DNA of 53,811 nucleotides from an uncultured archaeon (GTDB lineage Archaea; Thermoplasmatota; Penumbrarchaeia; JASLWR01): positions 1-53,811 of the forward strand of contig CAYSHM010000021.1 of the NCBI GenBank assembly GCA_964430885.1. The letters run 5' to 3'. Shown in pieces: positions 1 to 9,131 of this stretch. Numbering within the stretch: position 1 is the stretch's first letter; the number at the start of each line of letters is the position of its first letter. The notes beneath the pieces are model-generated. The model had not been told where the DNA came from, did not search any database, and was given only the letters and a program-made list of their open reading frames with translations. Both the position numbers and the translations under genes were made by a program.

Positions 1-55
1 TACATACATACATACATACATACATACATACATACATACATACATACATACATAC
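1..55. repeat. Tetranucleotide simple sequence repeat (TACA)13+TAC, truncated by the window edge
   Basis: Perfect TACA repeats read directly from positions 1-55. Confidence 0.98.
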
Positions 56-196
56 TTTAATTCAGAATGCAGCATTTTCCATACCTTTTATACCCTATAT
101 TATTCGCCCTGTTATAACCAAGGTGATAAATTCAATGTATTAAATAGCTCACCCCTATTTATCCAGAGTTTTTAAAAGGCATATATGATCCCTGGG

Positions 197-1450
197 TCAA
201 TAACTCCCTTTCCATAACAGAGGAAGTGACCTTTTGAATCTTCTCAATCGAAAGATGTCCTTCCAGCTCATCGGGGAGGCAAGAACCTTCAATACCACCC
301 TCCTTGAAGATACACCAGCACCCGGTTTACCATCCGAGTCCCGATGCTGGCTCTTGCCGAAAAGATTCAAGGTTCGGTTTGATAAGGAATATAAAGACAT
401 TGCCCCCTCTTTCAATAGATCAGAAGTGAAAGGAAGTGATAATATTTTCTTTTCGGAATCCCTGAAGCATTTATCCCACCTCCCTATTTCCGGTTTTGGA
501 TTCCCGCGGTATACATTTAAAATGTTTTCAGCCACTTCAGATGCACAGGCCATACCTGGATAATTGCCTGCAAAATTCATAGGATTCACCAGAGCACCAG
601 CTTCGCCTATGAGAATGATGTTGCCGTAAGCGAGTTTGGATTCCCCTCCTTGATTTGGTATCCTGGCTCCAACAACCTCCCTGGGAGGCGGAAGACGGCA
701 TCCATGGAGAGCCATATACCCCTGCAGGGCTTTGGAGGGATTTCCACGGCACACCGCTCCTACCTGTAAACCACGCCCTAATGGAAATATCCATCCATAA
801 CCTCCCGAGAAAATATTGTTGTCCATAAGGAAAAACGCCGCGCTAAGCTGCTTGGTACCTTTTTCATCGGTTCCTTGTTCAATTCTCAGAGATGTTAGAT
901 CTATATCAGAATATCCATATGTGTACCGGATACCCCCCAGAGTCGGTATCTTTTTCAATCCGATATGGCTGCGTACGGGGGAATTGATCCCGCTGCAGTC
1001 AATTAAGGCATCCAAATAGTATTCTTCTTCCTTCGTAGTGAGCCGAAACCCTCCGTTTTTCATCCCATGGATGGTCTTCACAGCCGTCCCTAGATTCAAT
1101 CGTACCCCTTTTGAACCTGCAGACCTCAGAAGATCAAAAATCATTTTTCCCTTTTGTATAATGTAGCCTTTGGCCTCGCCACCCATTTGATAATTATCCA
1201 AAGAAGGTGTTACAAAAACAATGGTATCAAGCGGGTTATCCCGCCATTCTTTCTTCAGTTTAATATTGGTATTCTTGAAACAGCCTTGGGAAAAACCGCA
1301 GCCGCATTTAATGGAGGAGCCCGCTATTGGTTTTCTTTCAAAAACAACAACATCCTTGGAAATACCGCCTCTGCTAAGTAGATAGGCCAAGGTAGAACCT
1401 GACATACCCCCGCCGATGATGCCTAATCGAAAGGAGGGCAGTTCCAGCAC
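197..1450 (-). CDS. Geranylgeranyl reductase-family FAD-dependent oxidoreductase
   Basis: N-terminal GIIGGGMSG Rossmann motif, GGYGWIFP (YxWxFP of GGRs), LIGEAGALVNP variant of the GDAAG motif. Confidence 0.8.
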   Translation of the reverse strand: MLELPSFRLGIIGGGMSGSTLAYLLSRGGISKDVVVFERKPIAGSSIKCGCGFSQGCFKNTNIKLKKEWRDNPLDTIVFVTPSLDNYQMGGEAKGYIIQKGKMIFDLLRSAGSKGVRLNLGTAVKTIHGMKNGGFRLTTKEEEYYLDALIDCSGINSPVRSHIGLKKIPTLGGIRYTYGYSDIDLTSLRIEQGTDEKGTKQLSAAFFLMDNNIFSGGYGWIFPLGRGLQVGAVCRGNPSKALQGYMALHGCRLPPPREVVGARIPNQGGESKLAYGNIILIGEAGALVNPMNFAGNYPGMACASEVAENILNVYRGNPKPEIGRWDKCFRDSEKKILSLPFTSDLLKEGAMSLYSLSNRTLNLFGKSQHRDSDGKPGAGVSSRRVVLKVLASPMSWKDIFRLRRFKRSLPLLWKGSY

Positions 1451-1454
1451 CCCC

Positions 1455-4400
1455 TTATAATTTCTTCTTGCATTGAGGGCAGATCCACCAGCCCTTCTTC
1501 GCAGGAGTTCCGCAGTTCCCGCAAACCTTCCCGTCTTCTACTCCTTGGTCCTCTCCGGATCTCCCTGCACCTGACCGTCCAATTCCACCCTGGGATCCCA
1601 ATACGGTCTTCATATCCCCGCCTAAAAGTCTATCTACATCCTTGGCGTTGTATTGGGGTTCTGGTTTGTCAACATTGCTCAGACTTCCTTTACCTACAGG
1701 TTTCATAGTAGGCTTCATAGTTGGACGGCCTGATGAGCCGACACCCTTCCTAGACAATGGTTTCATGGAAGGACGGCTCCCGGATCTTTTTATCGGCGAC
1801 ATACTCTGTCGCTCCTTCCCGGCTCCATGTTCCTTCCTTTCAACCTTTGATCCGGATCTGGAAGCAGACTTATTTTTATCCTTCAAGGAAAGATTGAATA
1901 GATCATCAAGGTCCAGTCTGGAAGGTTTATCGGTTGTGGACTCATCATAATGATCATCCTCATCCGGTCCATGATCGGTATGATCAAATTGGTCCGAAGT
2001 GTCATCTGAATGGTCCTTGATATCACCTGGCAGCGTATAAGTCAAAGTATCTGAACTTTCCAAAGAAAAGGTGCTTTCATGAAACACTGGTTTTTCCGCA
2101 TCATGTTCAACAATGGTCTCAGTGAGGAAGTAATCCACCTCCTCATGATAAACTGCATCATCTGGATCATAATAAGCTACCTGCTTCTCAGTTCCACCAT
2201 AATACTCTGAATCAGAATAATCCAAAGACGAAGATTCTTCCGGTAGATCATCATATAGAGAAGAATCGTCCTTCTTCCTGCCATCATCCTTTGTACCAAG
2301 GCCCATCTCATCACCGAGATAATCATATGAACCCTTTTGATTGTCATGCTTTCCCTTCTTACCCCCTTTATTGTCAACTGATGTGGTCCCGTCCTTTTCA
2401 TACATGTCGCCCTTGAAGGCTTTAGCCAGCCTTTTATTCATTCTTCTGCGTCTGACAACCATAACAACAACCAATAAAATCAGGAAGATGAGAATCACTG
2501 CTGAGATGACCCACCATAACCATGTGGATATTCCATCCATGAATCCGGACAATCCCTCACCCAATGTGTCTTTCGGGACCGACCCCGCATTCTTGGGATC
2601 GCTGCCTTTTTTATACTCCTCAAGGTTGCTGTAGCCGTCCTTATCCGCATCTAGATGACTGTCACTGATTCTAGGATTGAAACCTTTCTTGATCTCATAG
2701 GCATTAGGAATACCGTCGGAATCATAATCACCATCAGGATCTATGTCCTCAGCTGACACCTCAATACTATCCAGGGCTGTCTGTCCGTTATCATCCTCAA
2801 TTCGCAGGTGAATCTCATATTCACCATCTATCAAGAACTCATGGACAAAAACCATATTACCAGTATAGGTTGGGTTACCGAAATCAACGCTCTGGCCGGA
2901 CTCGATTACGAACCAGAAATATTTCATTTTATTAAGGTCCTGGGGTGAATCCTTGACATCGGGTTCCACTCTGATGGTGCCGTTATCCTTTAGATTACGG
3001 TCACGGCCTAGTTCCAATGTCGGGGCCACATTGACAACAGAGACGGAAAGGGTTGCTGCTTCAGTACTGGAATGAGTATAGTCCCTGGCGGTGAGCTGAA
3101 CGTTATAGGGCTGACTGGTCTGAAAATGAAATGCATGCTCCACTTCATCACCGTGTAAGGGTCCGGTACCATCTGCGAAATCCCAAGTAAAATTTAACTC
3201 ATGAAGATCCCCGATCACATCCATGGCCGAACCCCGGAATAATACCGTTTCACCTTCATTTACCGTCAGTGATGAATTGAACCTCTCGCCATTAACGAAA
3301 GCTTCTGCAGTAAGATCCCTTGGAGGCGAGTTCTTGATGAACAATTCCCCTAAACTTATGTCTGAAGCCCCATCGTTGTCCACCACTATCAGAGATATGT
3401 TGTAGTATCCGTCATCATCATAAGGAAATGAGACCACCCCGCCTTCGAGTTCTCTGTCGTTATCAGTGATTCCGTCATCATCCCAGTCAGTTGTCACATC
3501 ACCGTCATCAGGAGCATCCTCTAGTGTATCGGTATCCCAATAGTATTTCAATGAGGGAATATCCGATATGGTGTCACTTGAATTTGTTCCTGTAAGTACG
3601 ATGTCCTCTCCTTCCGAATAGGAATCCTCCAATGGATTGATCACCGCCAGAGGCTCCCAATTCCTAATATCCACCTGAAGTATCTCCTTGTCAACAGACC
3701 CATCGTTATCCTTGACCTCCAGTTCCACTGAATATGTGCCCTGCTGGGCAAACTTGTGATAAGCTGTATCATCTCCGCTCCAGTCAACCTCGTGACCATC
3801 ATTGAAATCCCACCTGTATTCAAGAGTGGCCATATCTCCGGGAGTATCTGTGGAAGCCGATGCGTCAAAAAGTATATCCTCATCCTCAAAGAAATATGGT
3901 CCACCCTCTCCGATAGAAAAATCTGCCTGGGGCTTGATATTACTGATGGTTATGGACTCCGTTTCCGAGGCATATTCCTGATCATCATCCCACACAACAA
4001 TAATCAATGTCTTGGAAGCACCTCCCTGGTAGGTATGATATCCCTGGGCATTTGAACCGGTTCCCTGAGCCATCCTATCATTATCGGTTATCCCGTCATC
4101 CACCCACTGCCCGTCACCCTGCTTGAGGTCGGTCGCGGAATCGAAATCCCAGTACCAGACAAGGGAATCCAGGTCCGATGCACTATCGGATATTATGGCA
4201 GTGAAATGCATTTCGCTGCCTTCACTGACCGTGTTTGTGGAGGTAATAGCGATAGTGGGTACCACATTCAAGACCTCGATATTGAAAACCATTCTCACCC
4301 TGAAATTATCAGTGTCCGTCACAGTAAGTGAACCTGTCCACATTCCATTATTCGGATAGCTGTGAGTAACAGATCTTCCGGTGATATCGGCATTCCCGTC

Positions 4401-6113
4401 ATCGTCAAAATCCCAGCCATAGGCGGAATCACCAAGGGCACCGTCATCGCTGGCGCTTGCAGTGAAGGTGACCGTTTCATCCTCGTCAACCTTGGGAACG
4501 TTGCCTCCCAGAACACTCTGCCCGTTGGCTGTGATGGAGTTTATCTCGGGAGCATTCCCGATCAGGTCCAATGCCTTTTTGGCATCCATCATTCCGCAGC
4601 CACGGTCATTGTTGGGGCTGTTGGTATATGGAGCACTGGCCCGTAGAGCTGTTTTGATATCAGCTGGAGTTGTTGTGGGGTTCGCTTCCCTCAGAATAGC
4701 CACCGCTCCAGCTACATGAGGACAGGACATGGATGTGCCCTGAGCACCTACATAATGGGTTGGGTCTGAAACACCCATCTCCCAGCCTCCTCCGCCCATA
4801 TCAGTCCCCTGAGCCCTGGCTGCAATTATTGACTGACCAGGTGCTAGAATATCGGGTTTTATGACATTGTTCTCTCCGGGACCTCTGGTTGAAAAAGAAG
4901 AAACTCCGCCGTAATCGTTGGAAGAACCCACTGTAACAACGTTCTGAGCGTCAGCAGGAGAGCCCATGGAATAACCCTGTTCGCCGTCGTTCCCACCGGC
5001 GGCGCAAACAACTATTCCGTATGAAATCGCATCATTAACGGCGCTGTTCATTGAATCTGAATGTATGGGAAGACCTTGCTGATTGACCGTGCCTATTGAA
5101 AGCGACATCACCTCAACATCATAGGTGTTTCTGACACTCACTACCCAATCCACCGCATTGACCACGTATCCCATCACAGAGGCGCCCATTACACGGGCAA
5201 TAAGAAGATCGGCCTCGGGTGCAACACCGCCGTAACGCCCGCCTGAAGCTCCGCCTGCGGGGGGATCTCCTGCTGAGATGGATGCACAGTGGGTGCCATG
5301 CCCGTCGTCATCATATGCAGCAGTATTTTGGGGAGGCCAAGTTGTGAAGTCACGAAAAGCGAGTATCTTATTGCCTGGGAATGCCTCGTGATTACCGTCG
5401 ATCCCCGTATCTAGAATAGCAATTGTGGAACCCTGACCTGAATAACCCAAGTTGTGTACCTGATCCACATTCATGGCATTTATTGACGAATCGAGATATT
5501 TTTCCATAATTGGTACTTGACACACCTCTACGATACCTTCAATGGACGGAAGATGTGATATAACTCCCGCGGGTGCCAGCACATGAAGCTGCCCTATATT
5601 ATCCAGTTCAGCCTTGACATGGACACCCATTTCATCGAGTAAATCCCAGGAGTAATCCTTTGAGGATTCACCATAGATTAAGTAGCACTCTATCATATCT
5701 CCAGGAGATCTTCCGCCTATTTCTGTTTCCAGTATATCCTCGACACCATCCCTATCCTTGTCCCCCGGATTAAAACTCCCATCCCTGTAGGGATTTGAAA
5801 ATATAGGGACGATAAAAGATGACAAGTGATCTGTGGAATAGGATGTATCATAGGATTTATTATCTTCTTGGGGCAGATTAATTGAGAGATGATCTGATTT
5901 CATTCCGCTGTCAATACCTCGTGAACTACCTAATGAAAAACTGCTGAAAATAAGAAGACCAATGCAGATAATTATTAATGTTACAGATATTGAAGAATTT
6001 ACCTTAGCTCGAAAAACTACTCTACTGCCAAAGGTATTTTTATATAACACCCCATTAAGTCTCACTATATCACCTGAATCAACCAGCCAAGCGGCTGGAT
6101 TATTATATATCAT
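1455..6113 (-). CDS. Membrane-anchored S8 (subtilisin-like) serine peptidase with multiple PKD domains, Asp-rich Ca-binding repeats, a TM helix and a C-terminal double zinc ribbon; likely start GTG at 6065
   Basis: Catalytic triad ILDTGID / HGTHCAS / GTSMSCPHVAG; WDF-DG PKD repeats; TM WLWWVISAVILIFLILLVVVMVV followed by RRRR; CGNC..CPQC end; AGGTGA SD 4 nt before GTG 6065. Confidence 0.92.
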   Translation of the reverse strand: MIYNNPAAWLVDSGDIVRLNGVLYKNTFGSRVVFRAKVNSSISVTLIIICIGLLIFSSFSLGSSRGIDSGMKSDHLSINLPQEDNKSYDTSYSTDHLSSFIVPIFSNPYRDGSFNPGDKDRDGVEDILETEIGGRSPGDMIECYLIYGESSKDYSWDLLDEMGVHVKAELDNIGQLHVLAPAGVISHLPSIEGIVEVCQVPIMEKYLDSSINAMNVDQVHNLGYSGQGSTIAILDTGIDGNHEAFPGNKILAFRDFTTWPPQNTAAYDDDGHGTHCASISAGDPPAGGASGGRYGGVAPEADLLIARVMGASVMGYVVNAVDWVVSVRNTYDVEVMSLSIGTVNQQGLPIHSDSMNSAVNDAISYGIVVCAAGGNDGEQGYSMGSPADAQNVVTVGSSNDYGGVSSFSTRGPGENNVIKPDILAPGQSIIAARAQGTDMGGGGWEMGVSDPTHYVGAQGTSMSCPHVAGAVAILREANPTTTPADIKTALRASAPYTNSPNNDRGCGMMDAKKALDLIGNAPEINSITANGQSVLGGNVPKVDEDETVTFTASASDDGALGDSAYGWDFDDDGNADITGRSVTHSYPNNGMWTGSLTVTDTDNFRVRMVFNIEVLNVVPTIAITSTNTVSEGSEMHFTAIISDSASDLDSLVWYWDFDSATDLKQGDGQWVDDGITDNDRMAQGTGSNAQGYHTYQGGASKTLIIVVWDDDQEYASETESITISNIKPQADFSIGEGGPYFFEDEDILFDASASTDTPGDMATLEYRWDFNDGHEVDWSGDDTAYHKFAQQGTYSVELEVKDNDGSVDKEILQVDIRNWEPLAVINPLEDSYSEGEDIVLTGTNSSDTISDIPSLKYYWDTDTLEDAPDDGDVTTDWDDDGITDNDRELEGGVVSFPYDDDGYYNISLIVVDNDGASDISLGELFIKNSPPRDLTAEAFVNGERFNSSLTVNEGETVLFRGSAMDVIGDLHELNFTWDFADGTGPLHGDEVEHAFHFQTSQPYNVQLTARDYTHSSTEAATLSVSVVNVAPTLELGRDRNLKDNGTIRVEPDVKDSPQDLNKMKYFWFVIESGQSVDFGNPTYTGNMVFVHEFLIDGEYEIHLRIEDDNGQTALDSIEVSAEDIDPDGDYDSDGIPNAYEIKKGFNPRISDSHLDADKDGYSNLEEYKKGSDPKNAGSVPKDTLGEGLSGFMDGISTWLWWVISAVILIFLILLVVVMVVRRRRMNKRLAKAFKGDMYEKDGTTSVDNKGGKKGKHDNQKGSYDYLGDEMGLGTKDDGRKKDDSSLYDDLPEESSSLDYSDSEYYGGTEKQVAYYDPDDAVYHEEVDYFLTETIVEHDAEKPVFHESTFSLESSDTLTYTLPGDIKDHSDDTSDQFDHTDHGPDEDDHYDESTTDKPSRLDLDDLFNLSLKDKNKSASRSGSKVERKEHGAGKERQSMSPIKRSGSRPSMKPLSRKGVGSSGRPTMKPTMKPVGKGSLSNVDKPEPQYNAKDVDRLLGGDMKTVLGSQGGIGRSGAGRSGEDQGVEDGKVCGNCGTPAKKGWWICPQCKKKL

Positions 6114-6222
6114 TTACTTTATAAAAATCATTTTACCGGTTTATAAAAACCCTTATCAAATGAGGTTGAACAACTTATAAAAATCCAGCAGGTGATGGAA
6201 CGAAGGGCTTGAGTTCATTACT

Positions 6223-6498
6223 TCATTCTGATATGCGAGAAGGACTGACCCTGCGTGCAAAAAGTAGTGATAGTAATGAAGTGATCAATGCTCCGAAAAG
6301 GAAACCCACCATAACCCATTGACCCAACTTGACGGTTTTTAGAAGAGGAATTGTCTGGCGGACATCTTGAGGCAGTAATATAGCTGCGCTGACGCATATA
6401 GGAATAATAACAATGCCCATTACCAAGAAACCGATAAGGAACGGTTTCAGAGTGCCTGTTTTTTCTTTCGTATCCTCAATTTCCTTAGACATATTCAA
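6223..6498 (-). CDS. Small hypothetical membrane protein (2 TM)
   Basis: Two hydrophobic segments; fills the gap between the tRNA and the protease. Confidence 0.7.
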   Translation of the reverse strand: MNMSKEIEDTKEKTGTLKPFLIGFLVMGIVIIPICVSAAILLPQDVRQTIPLLKTVKLGQWVMVGFLFGALITSLLSLLFARRVSPSRISE

Positions 6499-6517
6499 CC
6501 CTTTTTCAATTATATAG

Positions 6518-6591
6518 TGGGCCTGGCCGGATTTGAACCGGCGACCGTTCGGTTATGAGCCGAACGCTCCACCGTGCTAAGCTACAGGCCC
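6518..6591 (-). tRNA. tRNA-Ile2 (CAU anticodon, agmatidine-modified type)
   Basis: Reverse complement GGGCCTGTAGCTTAGCACGGTGGAGCGTTCGGCTCATAACCGAACGGTCGCCGGTTCAAATCCGGCCAGGCCCA folds as a cloverleaf. GGGCC acceptor stem and GGCTCATAACC arm match archaeal Ile2 rather than initiator Met; elongator Met is not fully excluded. Confidence 0.88.
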
Positions 6592-6693
6592 ATTGTGAAT
6601 GAATTCACGTGAAGAGCACGTTCTATCAACCTCGAGTAATTGACCTGGAGGATAATTTATCCCCCATGATCATCAAGGTCTAAAGATAATAGA

Positions 6694-6770
6694 TGGCGCC
6701 GTCGACAGGATTCGAACCTGTGACCTGTCGGTTAACAGCCGACCGCTCCAGCCAACTAAGCTACGACGGC
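6694..6770 (-). tRNA. tRNA-Asn (GUU), CCA encoded
   Basis: Reverse complement GCCGTCGTAGCTTAGTTGGCTGGAGCGGTCGGCTGTTAACCGACAGGTCACAGGTTCGAATCCTGTCGACGGCGCCA. Confidence 0.96.
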
Positions 6771-6938
6771 ATTAATATCCAACTATCCAAACCCACATAC
6801 CCACCTTCCCCGCAAATACACTATAACAAATATAAAAATTTCTATAAGTTTTTGAACATATGAATTTGATATAACACAATATCCCCAAAGAGATGGAGAT
6901 TTAATAGGTAAGAGATTTTATTTGAACAGTACTTATTA

Positions 6939-7733
6939 TCACTTCTTGGCTGCAACCTTTTTGACTCCTTTCTTCCGGGGAAGAGGCCGAAGCTTCTTCT
7001 TTTGAGGACCACCCTTAACAGGTTTTGTGTTTTTCGGGCCTTGGCTCACTTTTTTAATTGATTTTTTCTTTGGTGTTTCAGGTGATACATTCTTGCCTAC
7101 CTCTGCATTCTCCTTTGGTGCGGGGGTGCCCTTCGCCTCTTTTTCAGGGACCTTATCAGCGGAAGGAATATCTTCTGGAGGATTCATTTCGTTATCCTTT
7201 TCTTCCGGGGATTTTGGCTTCTTTACCATTACCTTTTTTCTGATGACCGATTTTGTCTTTCTTTTAACGGAAACCTTCTTGGCAGGCTTCTGAGGCAATT
7301 CGTCGACCGGGTCCTCATCCGCTTCCACCACCTCAACCTCCACAGGTTCAACTTCAACCGCTTCCTTCATTATCTCCATACGAATTGGTTTCATCATTAT
7401 CGGTGACAGCGGTTCATCCTCTGCTTCTGAAACAGCTGATTTCTTATCTACGGTCGGGGTTTTAGGAGCGCTCTTTGCTTTGGCAATCTCCATCTTCACC
7501 TTTTTGATATATTTCTGGAATGTATTGATATCCATTCCTGATTCCGCAATTTTTTTAACCGACATTATCTTCTTTCCCATACCCATATGGGCTTCTGCTT
7601 CCAGAGGATATAGACGGGCCCAAACCGTCCAAAGCAGTTTTTCATCCTCTGATTCCTCAGGGGTTTCCGGGAGTGCATCCAAGAATTCTTCCAATTTTTT
7701 AATTTCATCCGGATCTGTTATCATTTCCATCAC
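6939..7733 (-). CDS. Hypothetical protein: small helical N-terminal domain plus Glu/Pro-rich and Lys-rich disordered tail
   Basis: 264-aa ORF with strongly biased composition; no family recognised. Confidence 0.75.
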   Translation of the reverse strand: MMEMITDPDEIKKLEEFLDALPETPEESEDEKLLWTVWARLYPLEAEAHMGMGKKIMSVKKIAESGMDINTFQKYIKKVKMEIAKAKSAPKTPTVDKKSAVSEAEDEPLSPIMMKPIRMEIMKEAVEVEPVEVEVVEADEDPVDELPQKPAKKVSVKRKTKSVIRKKVMVKKPKSPEEKDNEMNPPEDIPSADKVPEKEAKGTPAPKENAEVGKNVSPETPKKKSIKKVSQGPKNTKPVKGGPQKKKLRPLPRKKGVKKVAAKK

Positions 7734-8065
7734 CGCGAATCTTATGAATCTAATTCTGCTGTAAATGAGCTATAATAAATTTCACCTTATCCAAAGCTGC
7801 AGATGAATATTGTGATTTGAACTGTTCAGATAAATATATTACCCTGTGGTTGTTATAAATGACTTAAAATAAATCTTTTTCCCTTTGATGGTAATTCATT
7901 CTATTTTTGAACTGAATATAATATCGTCACATAACTTAGCGAAATTCTTAAAAAATTCCATGGCCTTGATTATATTTTAAATATTATAAGCTTGAATTGT
8001 GTCGTCTGGTTGTAGAGATAACAACCAATGGTAATTAATATAAGCATCAATATTACAACAAACAT

Positions 8066-8147
8066 GCGGAAGTAGCCAAGCGGTCAACGGCGACAGACTC
8101 AAGATCTGTTCCTCAGTGGTTCGTCGGTTCGAATCCGGCCTTCCGCA
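8066..8147 (+). tRNA. tRNA-Leu (CAA)
   Basis: GCGGAAG/CTTCCGC acceptor stem, ACAGA-CTCAAGA-TCTGT anticodon arm, variable arm, GTTCGAATC T-loop; TTAATATA box at 8035-8042. Confidence 0.95.
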
Positions 8148-8173
8148 CATTCTTTATCCAAATAAAAGGAAGG

Positions 8174-8431
8174 GTGTTGTTCTTGATTGATGACAATATC
8201 GATGAACTGAAAGGAATGATCAAAAATTTAAAACAGCGGCTAGAAGAAGCCGTAGAGGATGGAATAATCGACTCAAGGGAGAATGATGATATCCTGACCC
8301 GAATAAAGGATATCGAAATGTGTATACTCAACGACGGAAAGATAACCAAGGCCGAAAGAAAGATCATGAAAGAAGCCCAGGATCTATTTGAAAGTTATAT
8401 GAAAAGAGCCGAGATGAGATTGGACAAATAG
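8174..8431 (+). CDS. Small hypothetical helical protein with two DGxIxxxE motifs
   Basis: AAGGAAGG SD-like sequence before GTG; DGIIDSRE and DGKITKAE repeats. Confidence 0.7.
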   Translation: MLFLIDDNIDELKGMIKNLKQRLEEAVEDGIIDSRENDDILTRIKDIEMCILNDGKITKAERKIMKEAQDLFESYMKRAEMRLDK

Positions 8432-8564
8432 ACCATATAGATACTGTTCATACTGTCCTAATTCGAATAGACATTTATTGAAAAATTCATACCGCACAAT
8501 ATACTTTTTATCTTTTTTTCGGTTTATAGCCTAGGTTTTTCGAATCGAAATTATATCCTATAGA

Positions 8565-9128
8565 TTACTTCCTGCTGCCGGGTTTCTCAATGGATAATCC
8601 CTTCCTGCATAAAGGACACTCCGAGGGAGAATAATTTTCAAAATCCAGATATATCAGGGACTCGAAGGCAACACCCCCAATCTCTTGTATATCTTTCCTC
8701 CTCACCATTGAAACAACCTTTACGACCTCAACATCATAGCCTTTCAGTATTTCCACCACCTCAGCTACGCTCCCGCCCGTTGTAACCACATCCTCAATGA
8801 TAACTGTCCTTGAACCCGGGGGTACTTGCAGTCCCCTCCTGAAAGCCATTGCACCCTTTTGATCCCTTTCCGCAAAGATAAAGGGGAGGCTCAATCGTCT
8901 GGCTGCGCCGTGACCGATTATCAGAGCCCCAATAGCCGGTGATATGATATAATCCACCGGTGGGATCAACCTGCAGATATTTTCTGCAAAGAATTCCACA
9001 TCATCCGGAAACACTAGAGCCTTAGCACACTGGATATAGTTATCAGAATGCATACCAGAAGTAAGCTTGAAATGGCCTGTCAAAAGGGCATCCGCCTTTT
9101 TTAACCTGTTCCTAATTTCTTCCTCCAT
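8565..9128 (-). CDS. pyrE: Orotate phosphoribosyltransferase (bacterial Thermus/Thermotoga-like type)
   Basis: GHFKLTSGMHSDNYIQCA, PRPP-binding IIEDVVTTGGS, C-terminal CPLC..KPGSR. Confidence 0.95.
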   Translation of the reverse strand: MEEEIRNRLKKADALLTGHFKLTSGMHSDNYIQCAKALVFPDDVEFFAENICRLIPPVDYIISPAIGALIIGHGAARRLSLPFIFAERDQKGAMAFRRGLQVPPGSRTVIIEDVVTTGGSVAEVVEILKGYDVEVVKVVSMVRRKDIQEIGGVAFESLIYLDFENYSPSECPLCRKGLSIEKPGSRK

Positions 9129-9131
9129 GTA

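Noticed and set aside
1-55. TACA repeats as a CRISPR array or telomere
   Set aside because: No spacers; a simple 4-nt unit; no cas genes in the window
6850-7915. Recurring TTTGAAC words as a regulator (LexA-like) box
   Set aside because: Short AT-rich word without consistent palindromic spacing
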